Part shown: positions 47,239 to 56,957 of the stretch, piece by piece | How positions within the stretch are numbered: position 1 is the stretch's first letter | How the letters are laid out: the number at the start of each line of letters is the position of its first letter | Origin: a virus | Virus record (IMG/VR): IMGVR_UViG_3300032285_004008 | Reading direction: 5' to 3' (one strand) | Length of the DNA: 64,000 nucleotides | The notes under the pieces: model-generated | Seen by the model: only the letters and a program-made list of their open reading frames with translations | What the model was told of the DNA's origin: nothing | Database searches by the model: none | Program-made: the position numbers and the translations under genes

Positions 47239-47490
47239 ATGGAGCCGTACGATATTCTCACCCCAGATTATAGGGACCCGCTTAGACGCGCATTAGACCG
47301 TATAGAGCTCTGTACTTTTGCTATACAAGAAGCGCATTACGAAGTAGAACCACCCCAGGACCCAGAACACAAGGCTGACCTTCTACTTGCAGTTGAAGCT
47401 TTGGCACTCGAAGCTATAGACCTTTTGCACACGACAAAGTTATTTGTGTGGGGTCCAGAATCGGAATCAGAAGAAGACGAAAAAGATTAG
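47239..47490 (+). CDS. Acidic hypothetical protein
   Basis: Probably leaderless (TACAAT just upstream). Confidence 0.55.
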   Translation: MEPYDILTPDYRDPLRRALDRIELCTFAIQEAHYEVEPPQDPEHKADLLLAVEALALEAIDLLHTTKLFVWGPESESEEDEKD

Positions 47491-47699
47491 TTCTTACCCT
47501 TGTTCCTAGGGAATCTAGGAGGGTAGATTAGCTTTGTTAGGACGATCTGTCCTTCAACAGTCTTACGCAGTTCGCGGATAGATGGCATAACGCGTAGCCA
47601 AAAATAGATAGCGAAGCCAACAATAAAAGTCAGCCAGATAGCAAATATTACTATAAGTGCTATATCCCAGGTTTCCGCGTTTTCTACCATAGAAATCAT
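47487..47699 (-). CDS. Small membrane protein
   Basis: Single TM helix. Confidence 0.5.
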   Translation of the reverse strand: MISMVENAETWDIALIVIFAIWLTFIVGFAIYFWLRVMPSIRELRKTVEGQIVLTKLIYPPRFPRNKGKN

Positions 47700-47775
47700 T
47701 ATAGTGCCCGCCCTACATTGCTGATAAAATAGTACAGGGAGAGACCGCCAAATACAATACCGCTAAGGCCGTCTC

Positions 47776-50700
47776 ATGATTTTTAGAGGTAAATCTCTTA
47801 AAGTATTAAAAAAGCCGCTACTTATTACAGTAACGGCCCTTTTAGCTGCTCTACCTATTACAACAGCAGAAGTAGCGATAGCTCAGCAGGTTAGAACTTT
47901 CTCCTACCTCGAGAAGAATTATTACGAGCTCTACCCCCAGCAACAGCTGCAGCTATTACTAGCGCCACAAGCTCTACAAGAACAGTTAGGCCTACTCCCA
48001 GCCATAGGGATGCCCAATCAAGACCTGTTACAGCAACTACCATTTCACACCTCTTCTTCATCAGTTAGTGATTTACAGGCTACTCTAGCACAGCTACAGC
48101 AGCAATTGCAAGCGGCTCAGTCAACTCTTTCTTCAGCCCAGTCTGACCTACAAACTGCCCTATCCTCAAAAACCTCTACTTCAGCCCAGAGACAGTCAGC
48201 CCAGGATGCTTTAGACCAAGCACAGGGTCAGGTTGACACCCTACAGTCACAATACAATCAAGCCCTACTTGTCACCCAGTCTGCTCAACAGGCTCTACAG
48301 CAGGCTAACAATAACTACTCCCAAGCTCTTTCGCAGCTTCAAGATAGCAATCTAAATACTTCTACTCAAGTCACCAACTACAACCTAGCGCAATCAGCTC
48401 TAGAACTACAGCAACAGCGCGTACAAAACGCACTTGCAACTTTAAACGAAGCTATTCACCAGAACCAAGATGCACTTGATCTTCTAAACTCTGCTAACGA
48501 ATCGCTGACCGGTCAAACAAACACCACAAACCAAGCACAAGAAACATTAAGTGCCAAGCAAACTCAGTACGGCACAGCATCAGCAAACTTCCAACAAGCA
48601 ACTTCTGATTACAACTCAGCGCAGCAAGATTTAAATCAAGCTACAGCTACACAACAAGAAGAACAGCAGAACTACGATTATCTGTTAGGTGTCTACAATC
48701 AAGCAGTTGCAGATAGACAAGCAGCAGAAGTTTCCTACAATCAAGCAGTTTCCAACCACGCTTCAACCGAAGCAGATAAAGCAGCCAAACTAACTGCCAT
48801 GCAGCAAGCAGATGCTCGTGCTTATGAACTAAGTGCTATATACACAGCAGCTGCCGCTCAAGCAGACTTAACATATTCTCAGCTTGTTGTTGCTACACAA
48901 GATAAAGTATTTGCTCAGCAAACTTTGCAACAAGCACAAGCTGCATATGATGCTGCTGCTTCACTAACAATAACTCCACCAAGCACAGGTGCCGTTACTG
49001 CTGGACTGAAGGTAGATGTGTACAACAGCCTGAATCAGATTCCACCTCAACGCTCAACCACTGCCTACCACCTATGTAGGACAGAAACCATGAGCCAGAT
49101 TGCAAACAACTGGGGGTCTGGTTCTATAGAAGGTTGCGGTAGTGATCGCGTGATGGTTCACTACTACGGGTTTATTACCTACCCAACCACCGCTAGCGTC
49201 CAGTTCATGGCGCAGGCAGATGATGGTTTCTATATGACCATCAATGGAACACCTATTGTTACCGACTGGCGAGACAAGGGTTGCGGAGCTTCAAGCTTTA
49301 ATTACTTCCAATTCCAAGCAGGGGTTTCTTATGCCATCGATGCTTGGTTCTATGAGAATGGTGGCGGTGCTTGTTCTACCCTTTATGGCTACGACACCGC
49401 TTACTATCCTTACGGTTGGTTCGTAGTTCCTGCTTCTTTCTTCACCCAAGGTGAAGTCCCTCAGCCAATCCCAGTTCCAGTGCCTCAAACTATTATTGAT
49501 GCCCTTGCAGCTGCACAGGCACTTTACACAAACAAACTAGCAATCTATAACGATGCCGTAGCTCAAAATAACATTGCACAGGGTAATAAGCAAACAACCC
49601 TAGCTAATTACTCGAATGCAATTGATTACCGAAACCAGCGCATGTACGAGTATCAAGCAGCTGATGCAGCAAACAACCAAGCAATTCAAGACGAGCAGGA
49701 TGCCCTAGGAGTTCTTCAGTCTGCACAGGCTTCAGAGGAAGATGCTCTTCAAGCTCTCAATGAGCAAGCTCTTGTTCTAGATGCAGCTAATCAAGTTTTG
49801 GCAGATAAGCAAATGGTATTTGGTATAGCAACTTCTAATTTAGAGTCTGCACGCCAATCTCTATACCAAGCAGACCAAGAACTCGCAGCAGCTCAACAAG
49901 ACTACGACCAGCAAGTTTCTATTCTTCAGCAAGTACAGGACTATCGAGACCAGCTAGCAGCAAATCAAACTGCAACTGATTTACAGCAGCAAATTGCTCA
50001 GCAAGATTATGACAACGAACTAAACATCTTGCACTCACTAGAGCTAGCTCTTGCAGCCGCTCAGTCATCTCTAGAGCAAGCAACCGCAGCTGAGGCTGTT
50101 GCAGCGCAACTTCTAACCAGTGCTCAGCAAGACTTACTTCTAGCACAGCAAGACATAGAAGATGCACTAGTAGCAGAAGCTCAATCACTTGCAGATGCGC
50201 AATCTGCAGAGAGCGTAGAGTCCACCGTCTCATCAGAACTAAGTTCCGCAACCCAAATGGATGACTCTGCAACTACACAAGTTGCTTCTGCACAATCTTC
50301 AGTAGAATCAGCAACCGCTATTGTTTCCTCTACGCAAGATGCTATTGCCGCAATGGAAGCAGCTATAGCAGCTCAACAAGCAGCGGATGCTCAAGCAGCT
50401 CAGGAAGCTGCAGATGCAGCAGCAAAGGCAAAAGCAGAAGCAGACGCTAAAGCTGCAGCAGACGCACTAGCAGCTCAACAGGCGGCAGAAAAAGCAGCGG
50501 CAGAAAAAGCTGCAGCCGACAAGGCTGCTGCAGAAAAAGCAGCCGCTGATGCTCTTGCTGCACAACAAGCAGCTGATGCCGCCGCTAAAGCCAAAGCAGA
50601 TGCAGAGGCTGCCGCAGCAGCTAAAGCTGCCGCAGAAAAAGCAGCGGCAGAAAAAGCTGCAGCAGATGCTCAAGCAGCAGCCGAACAAGCAGCTAAAGAA

Positions 50701-51171
50701 GTTCCTAAGAAGGCAGCTGATATTCCAGTAACTATCTCTAGCGAACAACTTATGAAGGTAGACCTTAAACAAATTGTTGCTACTGATCTAACTCCAGTTC
50801 AGGCAGAGGCAATTAAATCTGCAGCTCTAGAAACTTTCCAAACTGCTGACCAAGGCTCACCACAGTATCAGCAAGCTCTTGATGCGCTAGCAGTGGCAGC
50901 TAAAGCAGATGACATTGTTGTTGACCCATCACTTGCAGCAATACCAGGTGTTGGACAGGCAGCTGAAGCTGCAGCAGCAGTAATTAACCTCCTTGGAAAC
51001 GTTGGTGCTGACATCTCTCCACAGGTTCGTAAGAAAGCTCAGGAAGCAACCGTTGCGGCAGTTATCGTCGGTCAGGTTGCAGGAGCAGCAGTATCAGCAG
51101 CAACTTCGGGTTCAGCGGGTGCATCCGGTGGATCTTCAAGAAACAACACCAATAGAAAGAATGGAAAATAG
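47776..51171 (+). CDS. Large secreted coiled-coil protein with a central PA14 domain and Ala-rich tail
   Basis: Signal peptide; Q/A heptads flanking GLKVDVY...NNWGSG...ADDGF...WFYENGGGA (PA14); TolA-like AAEKA repeats; hydrophobic C-terminus. Confidence 0.8.
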   Translation: MIFRGKSLKVLKKPLLITVTALLAALPITTAEVAIAQQVRTFSYLEKNYYELYPQQQLQLLLAPQALQEQLGLLPAIGMPNQDLLQQLPFHTSSSSVSDLQATLAQLQQQLQAAQSTLSSAQSDLQTALSSKTSTSAQRQSAQDALDQAQGQVDTLQSQYNQALLVTQSAQQALQQANNNYSQALSQLQDSNLNTSTQVTNYNLAQSALELQQQRVQNALATLNEAIHQNQDALDLLNSANESLTGQTNTTNQAQETLSAKQTQYGTASANFQQATSDYNSAQQDLNQATATQQEEQQNYDYLLGVYNQAVADRQAAEVSYNQAVSNHASTEADKAAKLTAMQQADARAYELSAIYTAAAAQADLTYSQLVVATQDKVFAQQTLQQAQAAYDAAASLTITPPSTGAVTAGLKVDVYNSLNQIPPQRSTTAYHLCRTETMSQIANNWGSGSIEGCGSDRVMVHYYGFITYPTTASVQFMAQADDGFYMTINGTPIVTDWRDKGCGASSFNYFQFQAGVSYAIDAWFYENGGGACSTLYGYDTAYYPYGWFVVPASFFTQGEVPQPIPVPVPQTIIDALAAAQALYTNKLAIYNDAVAQNNIAQGNKQTTLANYSNAIDYRNQRMYEYQAADAANNQAIQDEQDALGVLQSAQASEEDALQALNEQALVLDAANQVLADKQMVFGIATSNLESARQSLYQADQELAAAQQDYDQQVSILQQVQDYRDQLAANQTATDLQQQIAQQDYDNELNILHSLELALAAAQSSLEQATAAEAVAAQLLTSAQQDLLLAQQDIEDALVAEAQSLADAQSAESVESTVSSELSSATQMDDSATTQVASAQSSVESATAIVSSTQDAIAAMEAAIAAQQAADAQAAQEAADAAAKAKAEADAKAAADALAAQQAAEKAAAEKAAADKAAAEKAAADALAAQQAADAAAKAKADAEAAAAAKAAAEKAAAEKAAADAQAAAEQAAKEVPKKAADIPVTISSEQLMKVDLKQIVATDLTPVQAEAIKSAALETFQTADQGSPQYQQALDALAVAAKADDIVVDPSLAAIPGVGQAAEAAAAVINLLGNVGADISPQVRKKAQEATVAAVIVGQVAGAAVSAATSGSAGASGGSSRNNTNRKNGK

Positions 51172-51173
51172 AA

Positions 51174-51371
51174 ATGAAACACTTTCTTAAAGCACTACTA
51201 CAGGATCTAGTTGACCAAGCATGGACCTTGCTAGGTCTAGGAACTGCTTGGGTGCTACTAGAGGGCTCAGCAAGAGCTCTAGTTGGGAACATGATTCTAA
51301 TTACCCTTGCAATCTGGATAATTACATTCCCAATTTTCCGCTACGAAAAAGAAGACAAATCTGGTGAATAA
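51174..51371 (+). CDS. Small two-TM membrane protein
   Basis: DQAWTLLGLG.AW.LLEGSA; starts 2 nt after the PA14 gene. Confidence 0.7.
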   Translation: MKHFLKALLQDLVDQAWTLLGLGTAWVLLEGSARALVGNMILITLAIWIITFPIFRYEKEDKSGE

Positions 51372-51557
51372 CGGATCAGCCTGTCTAATTTGTGGAGAAT
51401 CGCATGATATCTCCATGGACATTCGTCAGGCTGCCTATACCGCTATTTACAGGGCCCAGATGGACTACGGGGACAAACTCCCATGGCGCGAAGAGCGGGA
51501 ACTTTTCCACAAAGTAGTCCACGAATACTCCGCAAATAACCCTGGTAAAATTAGCTA

Positions 51558-51779
51558 GTGAAACGCTTACTCAACTACCTAAAGTTCTACTTTGAGCCGA
51601 ACAGTAAAGACCTCCGTCGAGAGGCTTTTATTTCGGCTAAGTTCTATTTTAGAGATAAGCCCAAGCACAACAATTACACACTAAGAACAATAGAGTTTCA
51701 GGCATATCAACAGGCTTATATAAGGGCCTATAGAGAGTCTTATGCCGAAAAGAAACTTGAAACATTAACTTCTAACTAG
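51558..51779 (+). CDS. Hypothetical protein
   Basis: TGGTAAAAT 6 nt upstream of the GTG. Confidence 0.55.
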   Translation: MKRLLNYLKFYFEPNSKDLRREAFISAKFYFRDKPKHNNYTLRTIEFQAYQQAYIRAYRESYAEKKLETLTSN

Positions 51780-51788
51780 GAGAGAAAA

Positions 51789-52607
51789 GTGGCAGCAGCA
51801 AAACCACGCGTTCAATATAAAGAACCGTTTGATAAGAAGCTTCGTAATGACCAGTTTGGCAATATGGCTCCTTACCGTTCACACCCACACCGCGGGACCG
51901 ACTGGTCTCCAAAGGAACTTAGCCCAATCCCATCTGCAGCCGAGGGTAAGGTTACTCAGGTATTCTGGTCTAACGTTCTAGGCTGGGTTGTAGAAATTCT
52001 TCACGCAGATGGCGTTTACTTCCAGTACTGCCACATCGCACCAAAGACTGTATGCGTTGACCCAGGCGAGACTGTAAAGCTTGGTCAGATTATTGGTAAA
52101 GTTGGTGGCGGTAAGAAGACTCCGTCGGGCTCTGCCTCAACTGGTGCCCACCTACATCTTGGAGCTTCACGCGTCAAGAACGGGCACCTTGCACCTTATG
52201 ACAAGCTGATGGACCCAACCAAGTGGATTGTTGCTAACCTAAATCCAGTAACCCCAGCGGCTGACGCAGCCCCTGCAACCCCTGCAGCCTCTGCAGAACC
52301 AGTAGCAGCAGCTACAACACCTGATGCAGCTCCGGCTGCACCAGCAGCACCTGTAGCAAATGCACCTGCAGCACCCGCAGACTTCCACTCAGAAGTTCTA
52401 AAGATTGACCTCTCAAAGCGTCCAAAGATTAAGCCAGGAGACAAGAGCAACTACGTTGCTTACGTTCAGGCTAAGTTTGGTCAGACCCCTACTGGCGTCT
52501 ATGACAACAAGCTAAAGAAGGCAGTTATTGATCTTCAGAAGAAGAACAAGTATGTAGCTGACGGTGTCTTCGGAAACCTAACCTGGGCAAAGGTTATTGA
52601 ACTCTAA
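51789..52607 (+). CDS. Endolysin: M23 peptidase + peptidoglycan-binding domain
   Basis: HRGTD, YCH, STGAHLH; P/A linker; DG.FG..TW. Confidence 0.85.
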   Translation: MAAAKPRVQYKEPFDKKLRNDQFGNMAPYRSHPHRGTDWSPKELSPIPSAAEGKVTQVFWSNVLGWVVEILHADGVYFQYCHIAPKTVCVDPGETVKLGQIIGKVGGGKKTPSGSASTGAHLHLGASRVKNGHLAPYDKLMDPTKWIVANLNPVTPAADAAPATPAASAEPVAAATTPDAAPAAPAAPVANAPAAPADFHSEVLKIDLSKRPKIKPGDKSNYVAYVQAKFGQTPTGVYDNKLKKAVIDLQKKNKYVADGVFGNLTWAKVIEL

Positions 52608-53134
52608 TGAAGAAGATTCTTGCTACCCTAGCTACTCTATTGCTTGCACTAGGCACAACTGCCCCAGCTCTAGCAATTGACTGGCAGCTACAGGATAAGA
52701 AGATTACCCCAGGATTGCTCAATCCTTCAGTGGTTCAGTCTGACATTAAAACAACTGTTTGTAAGTCTGGTTGGACAGCAACAATTCGTCCAACTGTCAC
52801 ATATACAAATAAGTTGAAGATGGTTCAGCTTAAGGGCGAATATGCTTTTGAGACCAAGGTATATGGTACCGATGCCTCAGCTTACGAAGAAGATCACCTA
52901 ATCTCTTTGCAGCTGGGTGGAGACCCATCTAATCCTAAGAACCTATGGCCTCAACCATATGTCGGTCAAAATGCTCGTAAAAAGGATGTTGTAGAGACAG
53001 CTCTAAAGCGTCTAGTTTGCGCAGGAACTATTACTCTTGCTACTGCCCAGTCTGCAATTCTTGACTGGCCTACAGCCTATAAGAAGTACGTTACTAAGGC
53101 AGATACCACTGTAGTTAATAACGAAGATAACTAA
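52607..53134 (+). CDS. Secreted HNH-like protein
   Basis: Signal peptide; YEEDHLISLQLGG...NLWPQP...KD.VE. Confidence 0.65.
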   Translation: MKKILATLATLLLALGTTAPALAIDWQLQDKKITPGLLNPSVVQSDIKTTVCKSGWTATIRPTVTYTNKLKMVQLKGEYAFETKVYGTDASAYEEDHLISLQLGGDPSNPKNLWPQPYVGQNARKKDVVETALKRLVCAGTITLATAQSAILDWPTAYKKYVTKADTTVVNNEDN

Positions 53135-53198
53135 ATAGCTTCTTAAGAAGACCCCTATTAATTTAGGGGTTTTTCTTTTTTAGGAGTACAATAGGCTT

Positions 53199-53384
53199 AT
53201 GGATACTAAAAAGAAGAGTATATTTAAGAGTTTTAGCTGGCAGATATCTCACGGTATGATTGCTATGTTGTTTGCATATTTAATCTCTGGAAAGCTATAT
53301 GTCGCTGCTGCTATCGCAGGCGTAGAGCTTCTCTGGGAACCAGTAGCCTACTACCTACACGAACGAGCATGGTCTAAATTTTAA
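53199..53384 (+). CDS. DUF2061-like membrane protein
   Basis: KS..K..SW...YY.HERAW. Confidence 0.75.
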   Translation: MDTKKKSIFKSFSWQISHGMIAMLFAYLISGKLYVAAAIAGVELLWEPVAYYLHERAWSKF

Positions 53385-53392
53385 GGATAAAC

Positions 53393-53587
53393 ATGGATAC
53401 CAAGAAGAGAAGCCTTCTTAAAACCATCAGCTGGCACATTGTTCACCTGCTAGTTGCTGGAACCGTCGCACTTATCATCACTCACCGATTTGATTTTGCA
53501 GCTATGATTGCCTCTGCTGAGCTCTTATGGGAGTCAGTACTGTTCTATACTCATGAGCGAGCATGGTCTAAAGTGCCTAAGAAGTAG
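53393..53587 (+). CDS. DUF2061-like membrane protein (tandem paralog)
   Basis: KRSLLKTISW...FYTHERAW. Confidence 0.75.
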   Translation: MDTKKRSLLKTISWHIVHLLVAGTVALIITHRFDFAAMIASAELLWESVLFYTHERAWSKVPKK

Positions 53588-53627
53588 AAAAAACCCCCGT
53601 AGATATCTCTACAGGGGGTTCTTTTTT
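53587..53627. terminator. Bidirectional terminator
   Basis: AAAAAACCCC-GTAGA-TATC-TCTAC-AGGGGGTTCTTTTT between convergent genes. Confidence 0.7.
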
Positions 53628-53632
53628 AGGCT

Positions 53633-53944
53633 TTACTTAAATGGATCGTCATCCCCAAAGTCATCATCCTCATCGAGTTCATCTAGAAGCTCCATATTAA
53701 GACTACGGTTAATAGAATCAATAATGTCCTTGAAGGAAGTATTTACACGAGCTAGATTCTGATTACGAGCATGTAGCTCAATCATCTCAGCCTTATAAAT
53801 CAAGACTGCCATCTTCTTCTGATCACGCTCAGATAGATTTTTAAACAGAGGATTGCTCAGAAGCATAATAAAAATGTCTGACATGTGGCGTTGCTTCTGG
53901 ATCTTTAGTAACTGACGTTCATTCATTGAAGCAGTGCCTTTCAA
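53633..53944 (-). CDS. Hypothetical protein with acidic tail
   Basis: ORF track. Confidence 0.55.
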   Translation of the reverse strand: MKGTASMNERQLLKIQKQRHMSDIFIMLLSNPLFKNLSERDQKKMAVLIYKAEMIELHARNQNLARVNTSFKDIIDSINRSLNMELLDELDEDDDFGDDDPFK

Positions 53945-53974
53945 TTTATTTCTTTTATTTAGTTTACAAGTATT

Positions 53975-54295
53975 TTAAAAGAACTTATTTAGTTCTTCCT
54001 GCAATACAGACTTAGGCTTAGCTCCAGTTATGGAATGTAGCACTTCTCCACCCTTAAATACAAGTAGGGTAGGGATGCTTGATACTCCATATTTTGAAAC
54101 TGTATCAGGGTTTGCATCAGCGTCAACCTTAAACCATGATGCTTTATCTGCATTTTCTTCAGAAAGCATGTTCAAAATAGGAGCCAACTGCTTACAAGGA
54201 CCACACCAAGTAGCCCAAATATCGACAATTACAGTTCCTTCTGCATTGACAACCTTGTCATCAAAGTCAGCAGTAGTCAAAACTTCCAGTGCCAT
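53975..54295 (-). CDS. trxA: Thioredoxin
   Basis: WATWCGPCK, cis-Pro SIPT. Confidence 0.95.
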   Translation of the reverse strand: MALEVLTTADFDDKVVNAEGTVIVDIWATWCGPCKQLAPILNMLSEENADKASWFKVDADANPDTVSKYGVSSIPTLLVFKGGEVLHSITGAKPKSVLQEELNKFF

Positions 54296-54302
54296 TTCAT
54301 TC

Positions 54303-54488
54303 CTATTCGTATTTAAAGATATGTAGGATTCCGTCTTTATCTAAGAAATAGACATCATCCCAACTACTATAGTTGATAATCCCTAGCTTATGTAGATACT
54401 CAAAAGTTTCTTTACGTCCAGCGTATTTAACTTCATCTTTGATTTCCCGTGGCTTCCTTTTTGGAGGCTTAGCGGGTCCGTGATCCAT
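54303..54488 (-). CDS. Hypothetical protein
   Basis: TAATG coupling. Confidence 0.5.
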   Translation of the reverse strand: MDHGPAKPPKRKPREIKDEVKYAGRKETFEYLHKLGIINYSSWDDVYFLDKDGILHIFKYE

Positions 54489-54661
54489 TAGTTAACAGTT
54501 TCGTCGTCTAGCTCCAAGACCATTTCCCAAAATTGAATATCAGTAACAAGAGCATCTAATTTACGTCCAACTTCTTCAAGATTCTTAGCAGTTCTGTCAA
54601 CCTTTGCATCGATTCGATCCCACTCCTCGTGAATCCATTCGCTACTTTCATTATGTTCCAT
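54488..54661 (-). CDS. Small coiled-coil protein
   Basis: MEHNESS start with GAGG SD; the longer ORF-track version overlaps a tRNA. Confidence 0.5.
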   Translation of the reverse strand: MEHNESSEWIHEEWDRIDAKVDRTAKNLEEVGRKLDALVTDIQFWEMVLELDDETVN

Positions 54662-54707
54662 TGAACTGCCTCTCTTATCTCTATTCATAGTTGCGTCTAC
54701 TATATAG

Positions 54708-54781
54708 CGAACCCAACCGGACTTGAACCGGCGACCTCCGCCGTGACAGGGCGGCGCTCTAACCAACTGAGCTATGAGTCC
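54708..54781 (-). tRNA. tRNA-Asp(GTC)
   Basis: GGACTCA-TAGCTCAGTTGGTTAGAGC-G-CCGCC-CTGTCAC-GGCGG-AGGTC-GCCGG-TTCAAGT-CCGGT-TGGGTTC-G; no encoded CCA. Confidence 0.9.
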
Positions 54782-54800
54782 ATCTACTTAAAGTATACAG

Positions 54801-54873
54801 CCCCCTATGAGAGATTCGAACTCCCGGCCTTACGGGTAGAAACCGTCTGCGCTATCCACTGCGCCAATAGGGG
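54801..54873 (-). tRNA. tRNA-Arg(TCT)
   Basis: CCCCTAT-TGGCGCAGTGGATAGCGC-A-GACGG-TTTCTAC-CCGTA...GTTCGAATC...ATAGGGG-G. Confidence 0.85.
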
Positions 54874-54917
54874 GTATATAAGGTAAGTATAGAAACCTAT
54901 AAACCCTATGTCAAATT

Positions 54918-55451
54918 TTAGCTATTAATAGGCTCGAGAGTAGGCTGATCTGGCTCGATAACAAAGATATCTTCTGGGATAGCGTAACGGAAAGATCCTT
55001 CATTTATTGCACGAATATTGAATGCATGATCTTCAGTTGGAGAGAAGTAAATAATGCTTCCAGACTTAGGCTTTACTACAAACTCCTGATTTACGAAGTC
55101 GAGCTCCCCACCTTCATAGTCATCATTCACAATAATCAAGCATGACATAAGACAGCGATCATCTTCACGAAGGTGCGCATAGTGCACTACATCGTGCTCT
55201 CCAGGCTCACGACGCTGAATACGATTAGCGTTTCTAACTATATATTCTGACGGGTCAAATAGCGTACGTAGTCTATCTAATACAGCAGATGACAGCCCAA
55301 TGCTACTGATATTAGGGCTCTCGTCTCCTCGCTTATTCCAGTCTTCAGTTGTAAGGGTGGAGCAGTAGTTCAAAATTAGAGCTACCTCTTCTTGAGATAG
55401 AAAGTTTTCGGCAATGAAAATACCTGGGTGTACTTCGATTGGAGCATCCAT
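54918..55451 (-). CDS. Divergent 2OG-Fe(II) oxygenase
   Basis: NDDYEGGEL.F, KP..GS, RY; HxD...H triad is degenerate. Confidence 0.7.
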   Translation of the reverse strand: MDAPIEVHPGIFIAENFLSQEEVALILNYCSTLTTEDWNKRGDESPNISSIGLSSAVLDRLRTLFDPSEYIVRNANRIQRREPGEHDVVHYAHLREDDRCLMSCLIIVNDDYEGGELDFVNQEFVVKPKSGSIIYFSPTEDHAFNIRAINEGSFRYAIPEDIFVIEPDQPTLEPINS

Positions 55452-55548
55452 TTTAGGTCCTAATATTGGGAGAGTTATACCCCAATTTTACCACAGGGCG
55501 GGCAATAAGAAACCGGACAGCCCTAAGGGCTGCCCGGCTCCTAAGCTC

Positions 55549-55989
55549 TTAAAGAGCTACTTTAATTACCTGCGGTAGGCGATACTTATCATAATTGTAG
55601 CTTTTATTAGCATTGAACTCCTTTGATGCCTCTTCATAGGTCTCAAATAGCTGAATAAAAACCTCCATATGACCAAGGTTATTGCGTCTACCATTTTGCT
55701 CTGACCCATAGTAATCGCCAGAGTATCTCTCACGAATGACTGCCCAATTACCGCTACCGTCAATATATGGGCGGTCTAGGTGCGCATTCTCACCATTGTG
55801 CCGATAACGCTTACCAATAGCACATTTAAAGAAGGTCTCAGCAGTCTTATGTGACTTAGAACATTTACAGTTGCTCCATGTAGATACTGGAGCTTTAGCG
55901 GCAATTTCTTTAGCTTTCTGCTCATACTTCTGACGAGACTCTTCACCAAGAGCAGCAAGTTCTGCCCACGAGATCTGATTAGATGACAT
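55549..55989 (-). CDS. Hypothetical protein
   Basis: CxC..H...C motif. Confidence 0.55.
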   Translation of the reverse strand: MSSNQISWAELAALGEESRQKYEQKAKEIAAKAPVSTWSNCKCSKSHKTAETFFKCAIGKRYRHNGENAHLDRPYIDGSGNWAVIRERYSGDYYGSEQNGRRNNLGHMEVFIQLFETYEEASKEFNANKSYNYDKYRLPQVIKVAL

Positions 55990-56843
55990 TATGCCTCCAC
56001 GATCTTCTTGTAGGCAATCATGTAGCCAGTACTCGAGTACTTACCATCTTTATTCACACAATGAGGGCTACGATGCTCTGGCTCATATTTACCATCATTA
56101 CCTTCAGGCATACCATGGGTGTGATATTTCAAGCACTCATCACAATAGACATATACAATCTCTGCACCAGGGTAGCTAGGATTTGGTTCTGATTTATCAA
56201 TGTAGAGAATAGGTATATCAGACGTACCTTCTTTTACAGAGATATCAACTACATCGTCATACTCCACAGGGTATTCTTCAACGACGGTAATGACTAGCAT
56301 TCCATTATCTAAAAAGGCTTTACGAACCTTAGCCCACGGGGTTAGTAGGAAACTACGATGAAAGTTACGAGCAGCAATCCCGCTGTACTGAGTAGTTTCA
56401 GAAAGTACTACCGTCTCACTATCATCCGAGTTCTTATTAACCTTAAATTGAGCTGTACCTTTAGGAGCTTCACCATCAATATATAGGGTCCCACGGATCA
56501 AAGATACTGATAAATCACCTGCTGTAAACCCAGATACCGCCATAGTAATCTGATACTCAGTAGATTTTAGTGATGATTTACTATCATAAATGTGTTTAAC
56601 ATTAATCGTATGAAATGGATAATTATCCTTTTGAGGGTACTCAAAGAAGTCTGTCATCTCCTGTAGAAGAGATTGATACCCAATTGAATACTTATGTATT
56701 CCAGGATAGTTTTTTTCCATTTCAGCATTTAGTTTCTCTAGATAGTCAGCTACTCGCTCTGTATCTACAAGCCCAAATGGACGAGATGGTACATCTGCAT
56801 CTAGTGCTTTGACGCCATCTTCTTTTGTTCTATTTACTGCCAT
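55989..56843 (-). CDS. Small heat-shock protein (Hsp20/IbpA-like) with C-terminal Cys/His domain
   Basis: NYP..., MAVSGF, GIAARNF.RSF.L, A.LDNGML.I. Confidence 0.8.
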   Translation of the reverse strand: MAVNRTKEDGVKALDADVPSRPFGLVDTERVADYLEKLNAEMEKNYPGIHKYSIGYQSLLQEMTDFFEYPQKDNYPFHTINVKHIYDSKSSLKSTEYQITMAVSGFTAGDLSVSLIRGTLYIDGEAPKGTAQFKVNKNSDDSETVVLSETTQYSGIAARNFHRSFLLTPWAKVRKAFLDNGMLVITVVEEYPVEYDDVVDISVKEGTSDIPILYIDKSEPNPSYPGAEIVYVYCDECLKYHTHGMPEGNDGKYEPEHRSPHCVNKDGKYSSTGYMIAYKKIVEA

Positions 56844-56957
56844 ACTAATTCACTCCTTACGACGTGAAGTTACGGCTGTGCCCCAGTTATAAATCCTGCC
56901 CGAAGCACAGCACTTGTTATAGAGACCCGATTGGCATCTCTACATTTAGTATAGGGG

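Noticed and set aside
50380-50700. Tandem repeat element (GCAGAAAAAGC units)
   Set aside because: Explained by the AAEKA protein repeats in the PA14 gene.
54801-54873. Amber suppressor tRNA (CTA visible in the loop) or an alternative genetic code
   Set aside because: Stem register gives the loop TT-TCT-AC, which is Arg. Genes are intact in the standard code and TAG is used as a normal stop.
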